A DNA stretch of 62,431 nucleotides, counting the filler. It is 8 parts of 8 records of this genome, joined end to end, with 100 filler letters (N's around TTAATTAATTAA, not from the genome) between each part and the next. Parts side by side here need not be neighbours in the genome. Positions count along the whole stretch, not along the records: positions 8,092 to 14,058 come from SRR7504441_1688; positions 14,159 to 19,265 come from SRR7504441_1697; positions 19,366 to 24,627 come from SRR7504441_1704; 5 more parts are not named here. One strand, written 5' to 3'. This document shows, piece after piece, positions 10,405 to 19,684 of this stretch; the first letter of the stretch is position 1, and each line of letters begins with the position of its first letter. The notes beneath the pieces were generated by a model. That model saw only the letters and a list, made by a program, of their open reading frames with translations. It was not told where the DNA came from and searched no databases. Made by a program: the position numbers and the translations under genes.

Positions 10405-11674
10405 ATGTCTTCGCCAGTCAGACCGCGGCTGGTGATCGGGGCGGCGGCCGGGCTGGCGCTGGTTTGCGGGGTGCTGCTCGTGGCCAAGAACCAGCTTTCG
10501 AACGAGCTGGTCAGCGGGGTCTCCGCCAGCCTCCACACCCAACAGACCTCGTTGCTCGCAAGCGACGCCAACGACCGGAAGGCGGAGATCGGCCGGCTGC
10601 GGCAGGAGCTCTCGGGGCTCCGGCGCCAGCTCAAAGACCAGCTCAGCTCCGCCCAGCGCGATCAGGCGGCGCAGCTGAAGGCGCTCGCCACCCAGACGGC
10701 CGGGCGGCCTGAGGCGCCGAGTTTATCCGGAAAGCGGGTCCTGCAGATCTTGGACAGTGTGCTGGCCAAGATGCCGTTGGCCAACAGCCCGTACGTGCCG
10801 GAAGCCGAGAAGGAGAAGATCAACCAGCTGGCCAACAAGATGGGCGGCCAGTGCCCCCCCGGCTCTCGGCTGGTCGTGACGGGCGGCAGGGCCCGCGGCT
10901 GCGCCGAGAGCGTCTATGGCGAGCTTCCGACTGGCTCTGTGGTGTCGCTGCTCGAGGCGCTGGCAATCGGTCCGGACGACGTCTTCTACGACCTCGGGGC
11001 CGGCCGCGGGTCCCCAGCTGATGGCCAAGTGTGACTGGTGGGCCAGGCACGTGGCCGCGCTCGCTTTCCATCGGTTCGGCGCGAAAAGGGCCACCGGGAT
11101 AGAAATGTCAAAACGGCGGGTGGCGATCGGCTGCAAGTTCTTCGACGGGCTGCGGACCGCCATCCCACCCGCTGACCCGTCGGCCGACCCGTCTCGGGCG
11201 TTGGAGCTTGTGCTCGGATCGTTCCTCGAACTGGACATCAGCGACGGGAACGTTTTCTACTTGACTGCGACCTGCTTCCGGCCGCAGCTCATGTACAAGG
11301 TCCGAGCGGCTGGCCGGCCGCTCAGCGCTGGACAGGTGAGCAAGCGGCTGCTCGAGCTGGCAGCTGTGACAGGCAAAGTGATCCGTGTGGCCTCGGTCTC
11401 CGAGGACTTCCCAACTGATGGCCCGGGCGCCGGACCGGAGCTGCAGTATACCGCCGAGGAGCGGAGCCGGATCGTGAGGAGCACGCCGATGGTTGTGCCG
11501 AGCGACTGGACGAACGAGACGCAAGTACACTTTATCAGTGTGTTGCCGCGGGCGAGCAGCGCACTCAAGCCGCTAGGGCCCAAGCCGAGCCGGGAGGGGG
11601 AGGGCCACTGCACAAGCTACGCCACCGCGGCCGGAAGGTCCTATGTTTACAAGCATACGCCGTTTGAGGATTGA
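10405..11674 (+). CDS. Membrane-anchored class I SAM methyltransferase, DOT1-like domain
   Basis: N-terminal TM helix, coiled coil, then SVYGEL...DDVFYDLGAGRG/HV, ATGIEMSKRR, GSFL. Introns 11010-11046 and 11300-11335. Confidence 0.7.
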
Positions 11675-11700
11675 ATTGCAACATCCAAAAAGCCGACTGA

Positions 11701-11740
11701 AGTTTAGTTTAGTTTTAAGTTTAGTTTAAGTTTAAGATTT
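11701..11740. repeat. Degenerate (AGTTT/AAGTTT)n microsatellite in convergent intergenic DNA
   Basis: agtttagtttagttttaagtttagtttaagtttaagattt. Confidence 0.7.
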
Positions 11741-11826
11741 AGGAACCATAGAGTAGGGTACTGATGAAGCCGGGCTAGCCGGCGATACAGCCACGAATAA
11801 ATGACAGACCGTACAAGCTGCACGCA

Positions 11827-12540
11827 TCAAGCGTCTTTGCCCCGTCTGCTAGTTGCTGGCTCAAAGTAGACCCTCAGGTCGACACTCTGTCTGGCCGCCC
11901 CCTCCGCCTCGCCCTCCAGAGACGCGTGCCACACGCTGCTCGACTCCCACAGCAGCGCGTCCCCGGCCCCCATCCGGCCGCACCATCCCCACCGGTGCCC
12001 CGGGCTGTACCTCAGCCCCGTCCTATCGGCCGGCAGCGCCGGGTGGTAGCTATCGACTTGTTCTAGCCCAACGCTCGACGGGACCACCAGCCCGATAGGG
12101 TCTCGCTCCACCGGCGCCAGCGGCAGCCAGGCGTTGAAGAATAAACTGCACCCCTCTTTCCGCAAGTTGTCCACCGCAAGCTCGTCCAGGTCCCGGTGAA
12201 CAGTGTTGGACGTGTAACCCCGCCCGTCTGCCCCCGGCGTCCGCACAATGAACGAGCCCATCCGGCCGTTGTACCGATGCCCCGCCACCTCCGGCGCCCG
12301 CTGGGCCACGAGCTCGGCCACCCGGTCCGCCAGCCGGCTCTGATTGGTCCAGCTGCCCGCCCGGACCAGCCGCGCGATGGTTGGATCGGCCCGGACCAGC
12401 CAGATCCTCTCGCCCTCGGGCGGGCCGCTGGTCCAGTCCTCCGGGTGCACCGAGCGCAAACCATCCGCGTACCGCACGGACGGCGCCAGCCCCCTGGCCG
12501 GCATCCCGCAGAGCCAGCACACCGCCAGCACTCGCTGCAT
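11827..12540 (-). CDS. CmcJ/NvfI/asaB-like oxidoreductase
   Basis: VHRD, FNAWLPL.PVERDP.GLV, YSP.HRW...M...ALLW, WHAS, RQSVDLR. Confidence 0.7.
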   Translation of the reverse strand: MQRVLAVCWLCGMPARGLAPSVRYADGLRSVHPEDWTSGPPEGERIWLVRADPTIARLVRAGSWTNQSRLADRVAELVAQRAPEVAGHRYNGRMGSFIVRTPGADGRGYTSNTVHRDLDELAVDNLRKEGCSLFFNAWLPLAPVERDPIGLVVPSSVGLEQVDSYHPALPADRTGLRYSPGHRWGWCGRMGAGDALLWESSSVWHASLEGEAEGAARQSVDLRVYFEPATSRRGKDA

Positions 12541-12564
12541 TGTTGCCGCAAGTGTCTAACGGCA

Positions 12565-14010
12565 ATGCAATGGGCTCTGCTGGCAGTGGCTCTGGCCAGC
12601 GCCCGAGCTGTGCCGACCGGGCTGTCGACCTACCTGCTGCTCGACTCGCGTAATGTGGTGGCCACCGACGGCCCGATCCGGCTGGCGCTGGGGCCGGTGC
12701 GCAAGTATGCCGGGCCTATGATCAGGGAGAGCGAGCCGTGGGAGCTCCGATTCGACAACATGGGGCCCAGCGTGCACTACCAGGCCGGCCGGTGGCGCTG
12801 CTGGTACTCGAGCTTCACGGCCTGCCAGCACCCGGCCGGACACACGCCCGAGTGCTGCCTGGCCCGCCCGTCCGACTGCACAGCGGCCAATCATACGGTG
12901 GAGTCCCACGGCGATCGGAGCTTCGCGCTGCTGTACGCCGAGAGCCCGGACGGCCTGAGCTGGGTCAAGCCTAGGCTAGGTCTGGTCCAGTTTAACAACT
13001 CGGCCGCCAACAACATGGTGCTCGGACTCAACGGAACCACCGGCACCGGAGTCCAGATCGACCCTACCAGCCAAAAGCTGCTCTCTTTCGGCACCCGCAA
13101 GGGCGGGCCCGGGGATCTATGGCTCGGGGCCAGCGACGACGGGCTCCGGTTCAACGTGTCGCGCTTTCCGGGCTTCCAGCCGGCGTCGCTCGATGGGCAC
13201 ATGAACGCCGTGTTCGATCCGGCCACACGCAAGTGGATCGGGTACCTCCGCTGCTCGCCGTCAGCCGGGCTGCGCACTCAATGCTACACCGAATCGTCCG
13301 GTCCGGATTGGCGCACGGCCAGCTGGAGCCTGCCGCGCCCGACAGGGCTAAACTCGTCAGCGCTGTACCAGCCGGATGCGCTGGTGGGCTTCCGGTACGC
13401 AGGCCTGTTCCTAGGGATAGTCAACTGCTTCAACCCGACCCAGACTGCAGGCGGCGCGCTCCGACCGGGCCGGGCGAACGCGGTGCTGGCCTGGAGCCCG
13501 GACGGTCGGAGATGGGAGTACATTCGGCCTGCGGAGAGCTTGATTCCTTACCTGCCTGGGAGCGGCCAGTGGGACTGCTGCTCTGTGTTTGGCGCCAAGC
13601 AGAGCCCAGAGCAGACCCCCCAGTTCCTGAACGGCGCCGATAGCTTGCCGCTGTGGTACGCCGGCTGCAACGGCAGGTTCTTTGGCCCCCGTGCCTGCGG
13701 CCTGGGGAAGGCCGAAATCCAGCGCCACGGGTTTGCTGGAATGCATGCGCCGGCCGACTCTGGTGGAGGGACGGTGGAGGTGGCGCCTAGCGTGGTCAGC
13801 ACGGGTGAGCTGAGAGTGACTGCGACGGGACGAGTTACGGTCGGAGTTGTCGGGGACGCAGCTCGGAGTGCAGCGGCTTCGACCGTTGTGAATGGGACCG
13901 AAGTGCTGGTCAAGTGGGGCGGGCTTGACCTCGACGAGTATCGAGGTGGCGCAGTCGCTCTCAGTTTCAGTGTGCCCCCCGGCGGTATGCTCTATGCCTA
14001 CCACATGTGA
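12565..14010 (+). CDS. Secreted five-bladed beta-propeller glycoside hydrolase-like protein (GH32/43/130 clan)
   Basis: Signal peptide MQWALLAVALASARA; EPWE, YAESPDGLSWVKP.LG, SDDG..F, WSPDGRRW, LWYAG motifs. Confidence 0.7.
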   Translation: MQWALLAVALASARAVPTGLSTYLLLDSRNVVATDGPIRLALGPVRKYAGPMIRESEPWELRFDNMGPSVHYQAGRWRCWYSSFTACQHPAGHTPECCLARPSDCTAANHTVESHGDRSFALLYAESPDGLSWVKPRLGLVQFNNSAANNMVLGLNGTTGTGVQIDPTSQKLLSFGTRKGGPGDLWLGASDDGLRFNVSRFPGFQPASLDGHMNAVFDPATRKWIGYLRCSPSAGLRTQCYTESSGPDWRTASWSLPRPTGLNSSALYQPDALVGFRYAGLFLGIVNCFNPTQTAGGALRPGRANAVLAWSPDGRRWEYIRPAESLIPYLPGSGQWDCCSVFGAKQSPEQTPQFLNGADSLPLWYAGCNGRFFGPRACGLGKAEIQRHGFAGMHAPADSGGGTVEVAPSVVSTGELRVTATGRVTVGVVGDAARSAAASTVVNGTEVLVKWGGLDLDEYRGGAVALSFSVPPGGMLYAYHM

Positions 14011-14369
14011 CTGGCTCTAAGCTGAACACGTGCCTTGAGACACTGAGGGATTGAATGCNNNNNNNNNNNNNNNNNNNNNNNNNNNNNNNNNNNNNNNNNN
14101 NNTTAATTAATTAANNNNNNNNNNNNNNNNNNNNNNNNNNNNNNNNNNNNNNNNNNNNTGATCCCGTGGCGCGCTCCGAACCCGACTCGCCACAGCCTGG
14201 CTGCGTAGCTCAGCTCAAAGCTGTGCCAGCCCGGCTCCGCCGGCACATCCGCCTGTAGCACTTGCTTCCATTTGCTCCCGGCGTCCACCATCGCGTCCAC
14301 CCGCACCGACTTTGGGATCCCAGAGCCCCGTGTGAGGAACCTGATCGCGCTTACCCAAACCAAGCGGTC

Positions 14370-17300
14370 GGACGCACCGAATGCCCCGGCAGTCTACAAT
14401 CTTGAACAAGTCATACACAATGCACTGGGCCCGCCACTGGCCGGCCGGGCGCACACTTACTGGTGGGCAGCAAGCCTGGGGCTCTGGTCGAGACGTTTGC
14501 AGGTCGCCCAGTAGCTCGCGGAACGAATGGGTGGTGCTGGACCTGCGCAGGCCTGTGGCTGTGAGCGCCTTCAAGTACAGGACCCGCGAGGGCAAGAGCT
14601 GCCCCCGCGAGTGCGTGCTGCAGTGCTCTGGGGTGACCAACGATAAGTGGTGTGATATGGCCCGCTGGCAAGCCAACAAGAAGTCCGGTTGGGAATGCGT
14701 GTATCTCAAGCCCAACAAAGGCGCAGTCGAGTTCCCAATAGCTCGGTTCTGGCGGCTGATGGTGCCGCGAGTCTTGCCAGAGCTCAGTTTGGCCAGGTGA
14801 TCTCCACTTATGGGAGCAACGCCGAGGTGGCTGAGGTGCCTGGAGGGGGTGCCTAGATCCTGAGCATGAGCTCAGGTTGGGTTCAAGCTCAACGAGATCC
14901 ATTGGGAGAAAAGCACTCCTGGGCTGCGCCAGCTCGAGTACTCCGTGCTCAGCTGCAATGGCGAGACAGATAAGGACACGCTGGCACCGATCAGCAAGAT
15001 CAAGACAGACTCTGGCGAGCACTTGGACGCGGACGGTGGCTGCAGCAGCGGAGTGTGGCTCGCCAGCGCTCCTGTCAGCCTGGTGCTCGACTTGCGGCAG
15101 GCCCTGACCGGGGTGACGCGCTTCACACTGGTGAACACGCTGAATGGCAGCAAAAAGAGTCACTGGACGGGTCGGTATGAGCTGCTTATTGCAGAGGACG
15201 GGGTGGCGTTGGCCGACCAACAGGCCTGGAGGCCGTTGTTCAGCAATAAGTGACCCTGCTGCTTGCGCTGGATTACATGTGGGTCCTGCAGGCTGAAGAA
15301 GCATGTGGCTCCGCAGTCGATAGATGTCAAGCCGGATGCTGAAGAGGCTAGCCTGGCCATCCGGTGAGAGGCTGGGGCTGGAATGGGGCGAGTTGGCGGA
15401 AGGTACGTCAAGATCAATCTCCTTGACGGTGGGCCCGATGGTACTAGCGTTGGGCTGGGCCACGTGGGCATCTTCCAGCATATGGCCACTGCCAAGCAGG
15501 TTGAGAGCACCATGGAGACGCACACTGTTGTGAGTGAGACCATCTTGCGCCTTGTCAGGAGTTTACCAGGTGAACCAAGCAATCGAGACGCTGCTTACAG
15601 CCGAGGAGGGCGCGGCTGTGGATATCTTTGATCTACTCGATGTAAACAAGGACCAAGTGATTAGCAAGAAAGAGTGGGATATGTTCAATCGCAACCTGAC
15701 AGTGCCTGAGCGGCTGGAGAGCTGGGCATGAGCTTGTGTTGTAGGAGAGCATTGGGGTGTCGATCAAAGATCTGGTGCTTGGCTGCCGCAGCTTGAACAC
15801 CCAGATGATGCCACATGAGCTTGAGCATCAGGTGCTATGCCACTCGCCGCGATGCTAAGCGATGTGACAGGACCACTACGGAATCACCAAGTTCAAAGAC
15901 TATGATTGGCACAATCTGCCACCCAGACTAGCCCAGGCACGCATGCAGGACATCTGTGATTCCTCATAGTTCTGGCACTCAGGTGGAACTCGATCCACAC
16001 AGCCATTCGCTCTTTATCCTGACGAACAACGCTCAGAAGGTGGTCGAATCCGAGTTTAAGGAGTGGACGCGATCGGTCGCAACAGCCAATGCCGCCCCAG
16101 GTCCCCAGATAGCTCTGCTTTGGGCTGGAAATTGGGGCTCAGGGGAAGATGCGGAGCTCGGAATCACTGTGGTGTACTCAAGCTACGAGGTGTACCAATT
16201 CGTGTCCTCTGTTCTTCGCTCCGACTTTTTTGAGGAACAAGGCTTGAGCGAGCTGGTGGTGCCCGAGACGATCCCAGTGATCAGCGAGTTCCCAGCCACC
16301 AGCCTTATGTTTGTGCTGCGGCCCAAGATGTCTGAAGTCAAGCGGATGAGCGAAGTAATCAGCTTACATGCGCGGTTGTACGATGGGGACCCTGACTGCC
16401 ACTACTTTATCCTGTTTGTGCCACGCGCCACTGCACACATGCAGGCATGAGACTGTGATGGCCAATCAAATTAACGTGACCTCTTACTGCAGGCTGAGTT
16501 CCGAAATATGCTATTCAAGAGTATGAACGCCGGAGAGCTGCAAATAGACAGTCCTGGCGAGGCGATACGACAAGACAGTCGCACCCGAGCTGATTCATTT
16601 GAGCTACCCCGCCGGACCACCTCCAGGAACGGCCCGAGCATCACTGTCTACCCGAGGCGGATTGGGTTTGCTCCAGTGGCTCCCGACCTACTCTCGCTGG
16701 CACTACCGATGCTATTCAGGGAGCTGATGCTCGAGCACGCGGAAGATGCTCTAGAGACTGTGCTGGGCAGAGTAGGGCAGGGCTAAGTTGAGGGTCAGGT
16801 GGCGCATGCACTCCAGCTCTTTGAGCAGAGCTGCGCTGGTACTCCGATCCCGCATGTAACTGCCAAGGGCAACCATGCCATTTCAGTGGTAGAGAAACTG
16901 AAGCGAATGCGTGGAGAGAACAGGATGATGCCTGTGGAACACTGCGTCGGGCTTGGTTTAGACTAGCCGCCGTGCTGGGCTGAGTTGGCCGCTGCAGGCC
17001 CAGTGGACCATCTCATTGTGCTCGACCGCAGCTGCGACATGATTACTCCTATGCTGCCGCAACTCACGTACGCTGGCCTTGCTGAGGAGGAGTTTGGCTC
17101 TCTGGCTGAGCTAAGGAGCAAAGAGTGCTTTGGACACGGACTGACTTTGGACCACGAGGACTGGATATGGCAGCAAGTCAAGTCGTTGGACTGGGAGCGC
17201 GCAAAGAAGAAAGTTGAATCGCTCGTCAACGAAATGAATTGGGCTTTTGACAAACTGGAGGAGGTGCGCGAGCTCAAAGAGAGCGGCGGCATGGAGGCGG

Positions 17301-19155
17301 TATCTACAGAGGATCTGGCACGAATCAAGGAGCACAACGATAGGATGCTCTCGGAAAAGGACAGGAGAGATTTAGTGCAGAGCCATGCAGAGCTCTTGGA
17401 GCATATACAGAGTCGGCTGCGGCGCAATCTCGACTGTCCAGAGCCGGTGCTGGCTCAGCTCAAAGTGCTTGCCAACCTGGCGTTCGATGGACCATGCAAC
17501 GAGCTCGAGGTCAGTCTGACGCAGCCAGTCTCGTGCGAGCCGAGGTGCAGGTCAAGTTCCTCGAGCTGAAGATTCTCCAGTCAGACGGGTTTTCGGACAA
17601 CGATGCCGCCAAACAGCAGGCAAGTATTGCTGTGTGCTGACCTGAGCTACCACAGGTAGTGGCTGAGTGGATTGCACATCGGATCAGGGCTGGTGAACGC
17701 TTTGATAATTATGCCACGGTAATGGTTGTTTGCTCGCTGGCGAGTCACGGCTGGAGGGATAAGAACCTACAGATAATTAAGAATGCAGTGCTCGAGCAGC
17801 AGGCGAGCGGAGAGGGTGCAACAGACACGGTCCTCTTTTTGGACCTACTGGACCACCTTGGGCTGATCAGGCACCGTTCCACCACTATGCGCGACAGCAA
17901 CTGGTCGCATGTGAGTCGTGATCTTGGGCTGATGGAGAAGTCGTCAGTAGAGTTGAATAAGGTACTCCAGGAGCAGACTCCATGGAGCCCATACGGAGGG
18001 TGACAGCTCCCGCTAGAAGTTGGCAACCTTTGTGAGACTTTGTGAGCAGGTACATGCCACTGTCAGTCAAGATTGTGGAGAACGCAGTGGGCAATTTCAA
18101 TCAGTGGCAGTGGAACTACAGGTGGCCTCACCTCCTTAAGCATCATGTCACATTTTGTTGCAGGCCGTTGCTGGAGAACAAGGGCCAATTCGTGTCAGGC
18201 CGCCAGATCATTCGTGGATGGGAAGGCGGCGAGCCTATTGTGGCTGCAGAGGTGCGCTGAGAGCCTTAGCCTAGCAGTTCAAACCTGTACACAAGGTGCG
18301 TCGACTACGGGAAGAGAACACCTCTCTTGAGAAGTATGTCGAGGGTAGGCTGCTTCGAGAGTTTGTGAGCGGTGATGGATCCGGAGCTGTTGCCGTTCAG
18401 GTGCCGATAGGCCGCAGCGCTTGCTTAGTGCGGGTCAGGTGAGTGAGTACGAGCAGAGTTTTAGAGTAGTCGACCCATTGGGTAATGCCCATCATCTGAC
18501 TTGTTTGGGCTTGATGCTGAGCCTACAGGGGTGGCCACCCGCAGGTCGCCAAACTACGGTGACAAAGATACTGCGCACCTCGGGCCACGGCACGGAGTGC
18601 TGCTGCGAGGCAAAGTGGTCGCTGCACAGGACGGCACTTACGACCGCTACCTTCAGGTGGCAGGCCTCGCTGTGTCAGGCTGAGTGTGGCTGCCAGGTTG
18701 ATCTGGACCAAGTGGAGCATGCACAGCCGTCGACGGAGACTGCACCCCAGTTCCAGTACTATCTACCATCAAGCAGACCCCAGCCGGCAGCCCCACCAGC
18801 GCCGGCCTCTCCTCCCAGCACTGAGGATCCAGACGAGAGCTCGGACCGGGCTCGCTTTATTCCAATACGGGTAGGCGAGGATGAGTTGCTGCGGCCAGTC
18901 AAGCCAACGGCAGTGCTGTTCTTGGGTGGGTGCACTCAGGCGGAGGTGGACGCACTTAGGCATCTGTCCCGGGCGATGAAGCAGGACTTTATCATCCTGA
19001 CCACTGGCTTTGTAAATGGACCCGCAATGCTCCACTCGCTAGAAAAGGTGTGTCTAAGGTGGTGATCCGTGCATGATCTGTTCAATGTCTAGGTGCTGAA
19101 CAAGCCTCTAGGGCCGATGCTCTCAAATGGCGTGGTCGACTTCATCAAACACTAG
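14370..19155 (+). CDS. VPS33: Vps33-like Sec1/Munc18 protein with N-terminal discoidin (F5/8-C-like) domains and EF-hand; many short introns; 5' truncated
   Basis: Vps33 motifs FVLRP, FILFVPR, PDLLSL, LIVLDRSCDMITPMLPQLTYAGL, VLFLGGCTQAEVDALR, ILTTGFVNG. Upstream EWVVLDL...ARFWRL and FDLLDVNKDQVISKKEW. A continuous spliced frame can be traced; stop 19153-19155. Confidence 0.75.
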
Positions 19156-19684
19156 TACCCGCGTTACGAACGCGTAGCAACAGCGAACTTAGAATCCTGG
19201 AATATACTTAGAATTGTCACCTCCAGTGGTGTGTAATACCATGGAGTCTTATATGTAGTCGAGAGNNNNNNNNNNNNNNNNNNNNNNNNNNNNNNNNNNN
19301 NNNNNNNNNTTAATTAATTAANNNNNNNNNNNNNNNNNNNNNNNNNNNNNNNNNNNNNNNNNNNNCAGGAATCCCAGGATGGCAAACGCTTGTAGAGCGG
19401 AGCTACCGTAACTCACGTGCACCTCGTGCACCTCTAGTGCACCTACCCTCCACATACCCTCCACATGTTGTAGAAAATCACAATCAATGTTATATGACAA
19501 CTGGTCTAACTCTTTTCTCGTGTGTCTGGTACACTCATTTGGGTTGATGGGGCCAATTCTAGGCCAATCCGAGGGACTACCTAGACTAAGTGTAGATTTA
19601 GTGTAGCTTATGTACATGATTGTAGTGTAGAATTATTTAAATACGCCGGGTCATTCGCTACTAGCAATGATTAATTAATAACGA

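Noticed and set aside
8159-14010. Renalase, two oxygenases, a methyltransferase and a glycosidase as a biosynthetic gene cluster
   Set aside because: There is no scaffold enzyme (PKS, NRPS or terpene synthase) and no coherent pathway; adjacency is expected in a compact genome.
11010-16142. Introner elements (two introns begin GTCCCCAG; many have AG|GT at both ends)
   Set aside because: No extended similarity or terminal inverted repeats between introns in this window; an 8-nt match is too weak.
19366-19617. 99-aa minus ORF with three GTGCACCT copies (19417-19444) at a contig edge
   Set aside because: No recognisable motif and atypical composition; a gene or mobile element cannot be supported.
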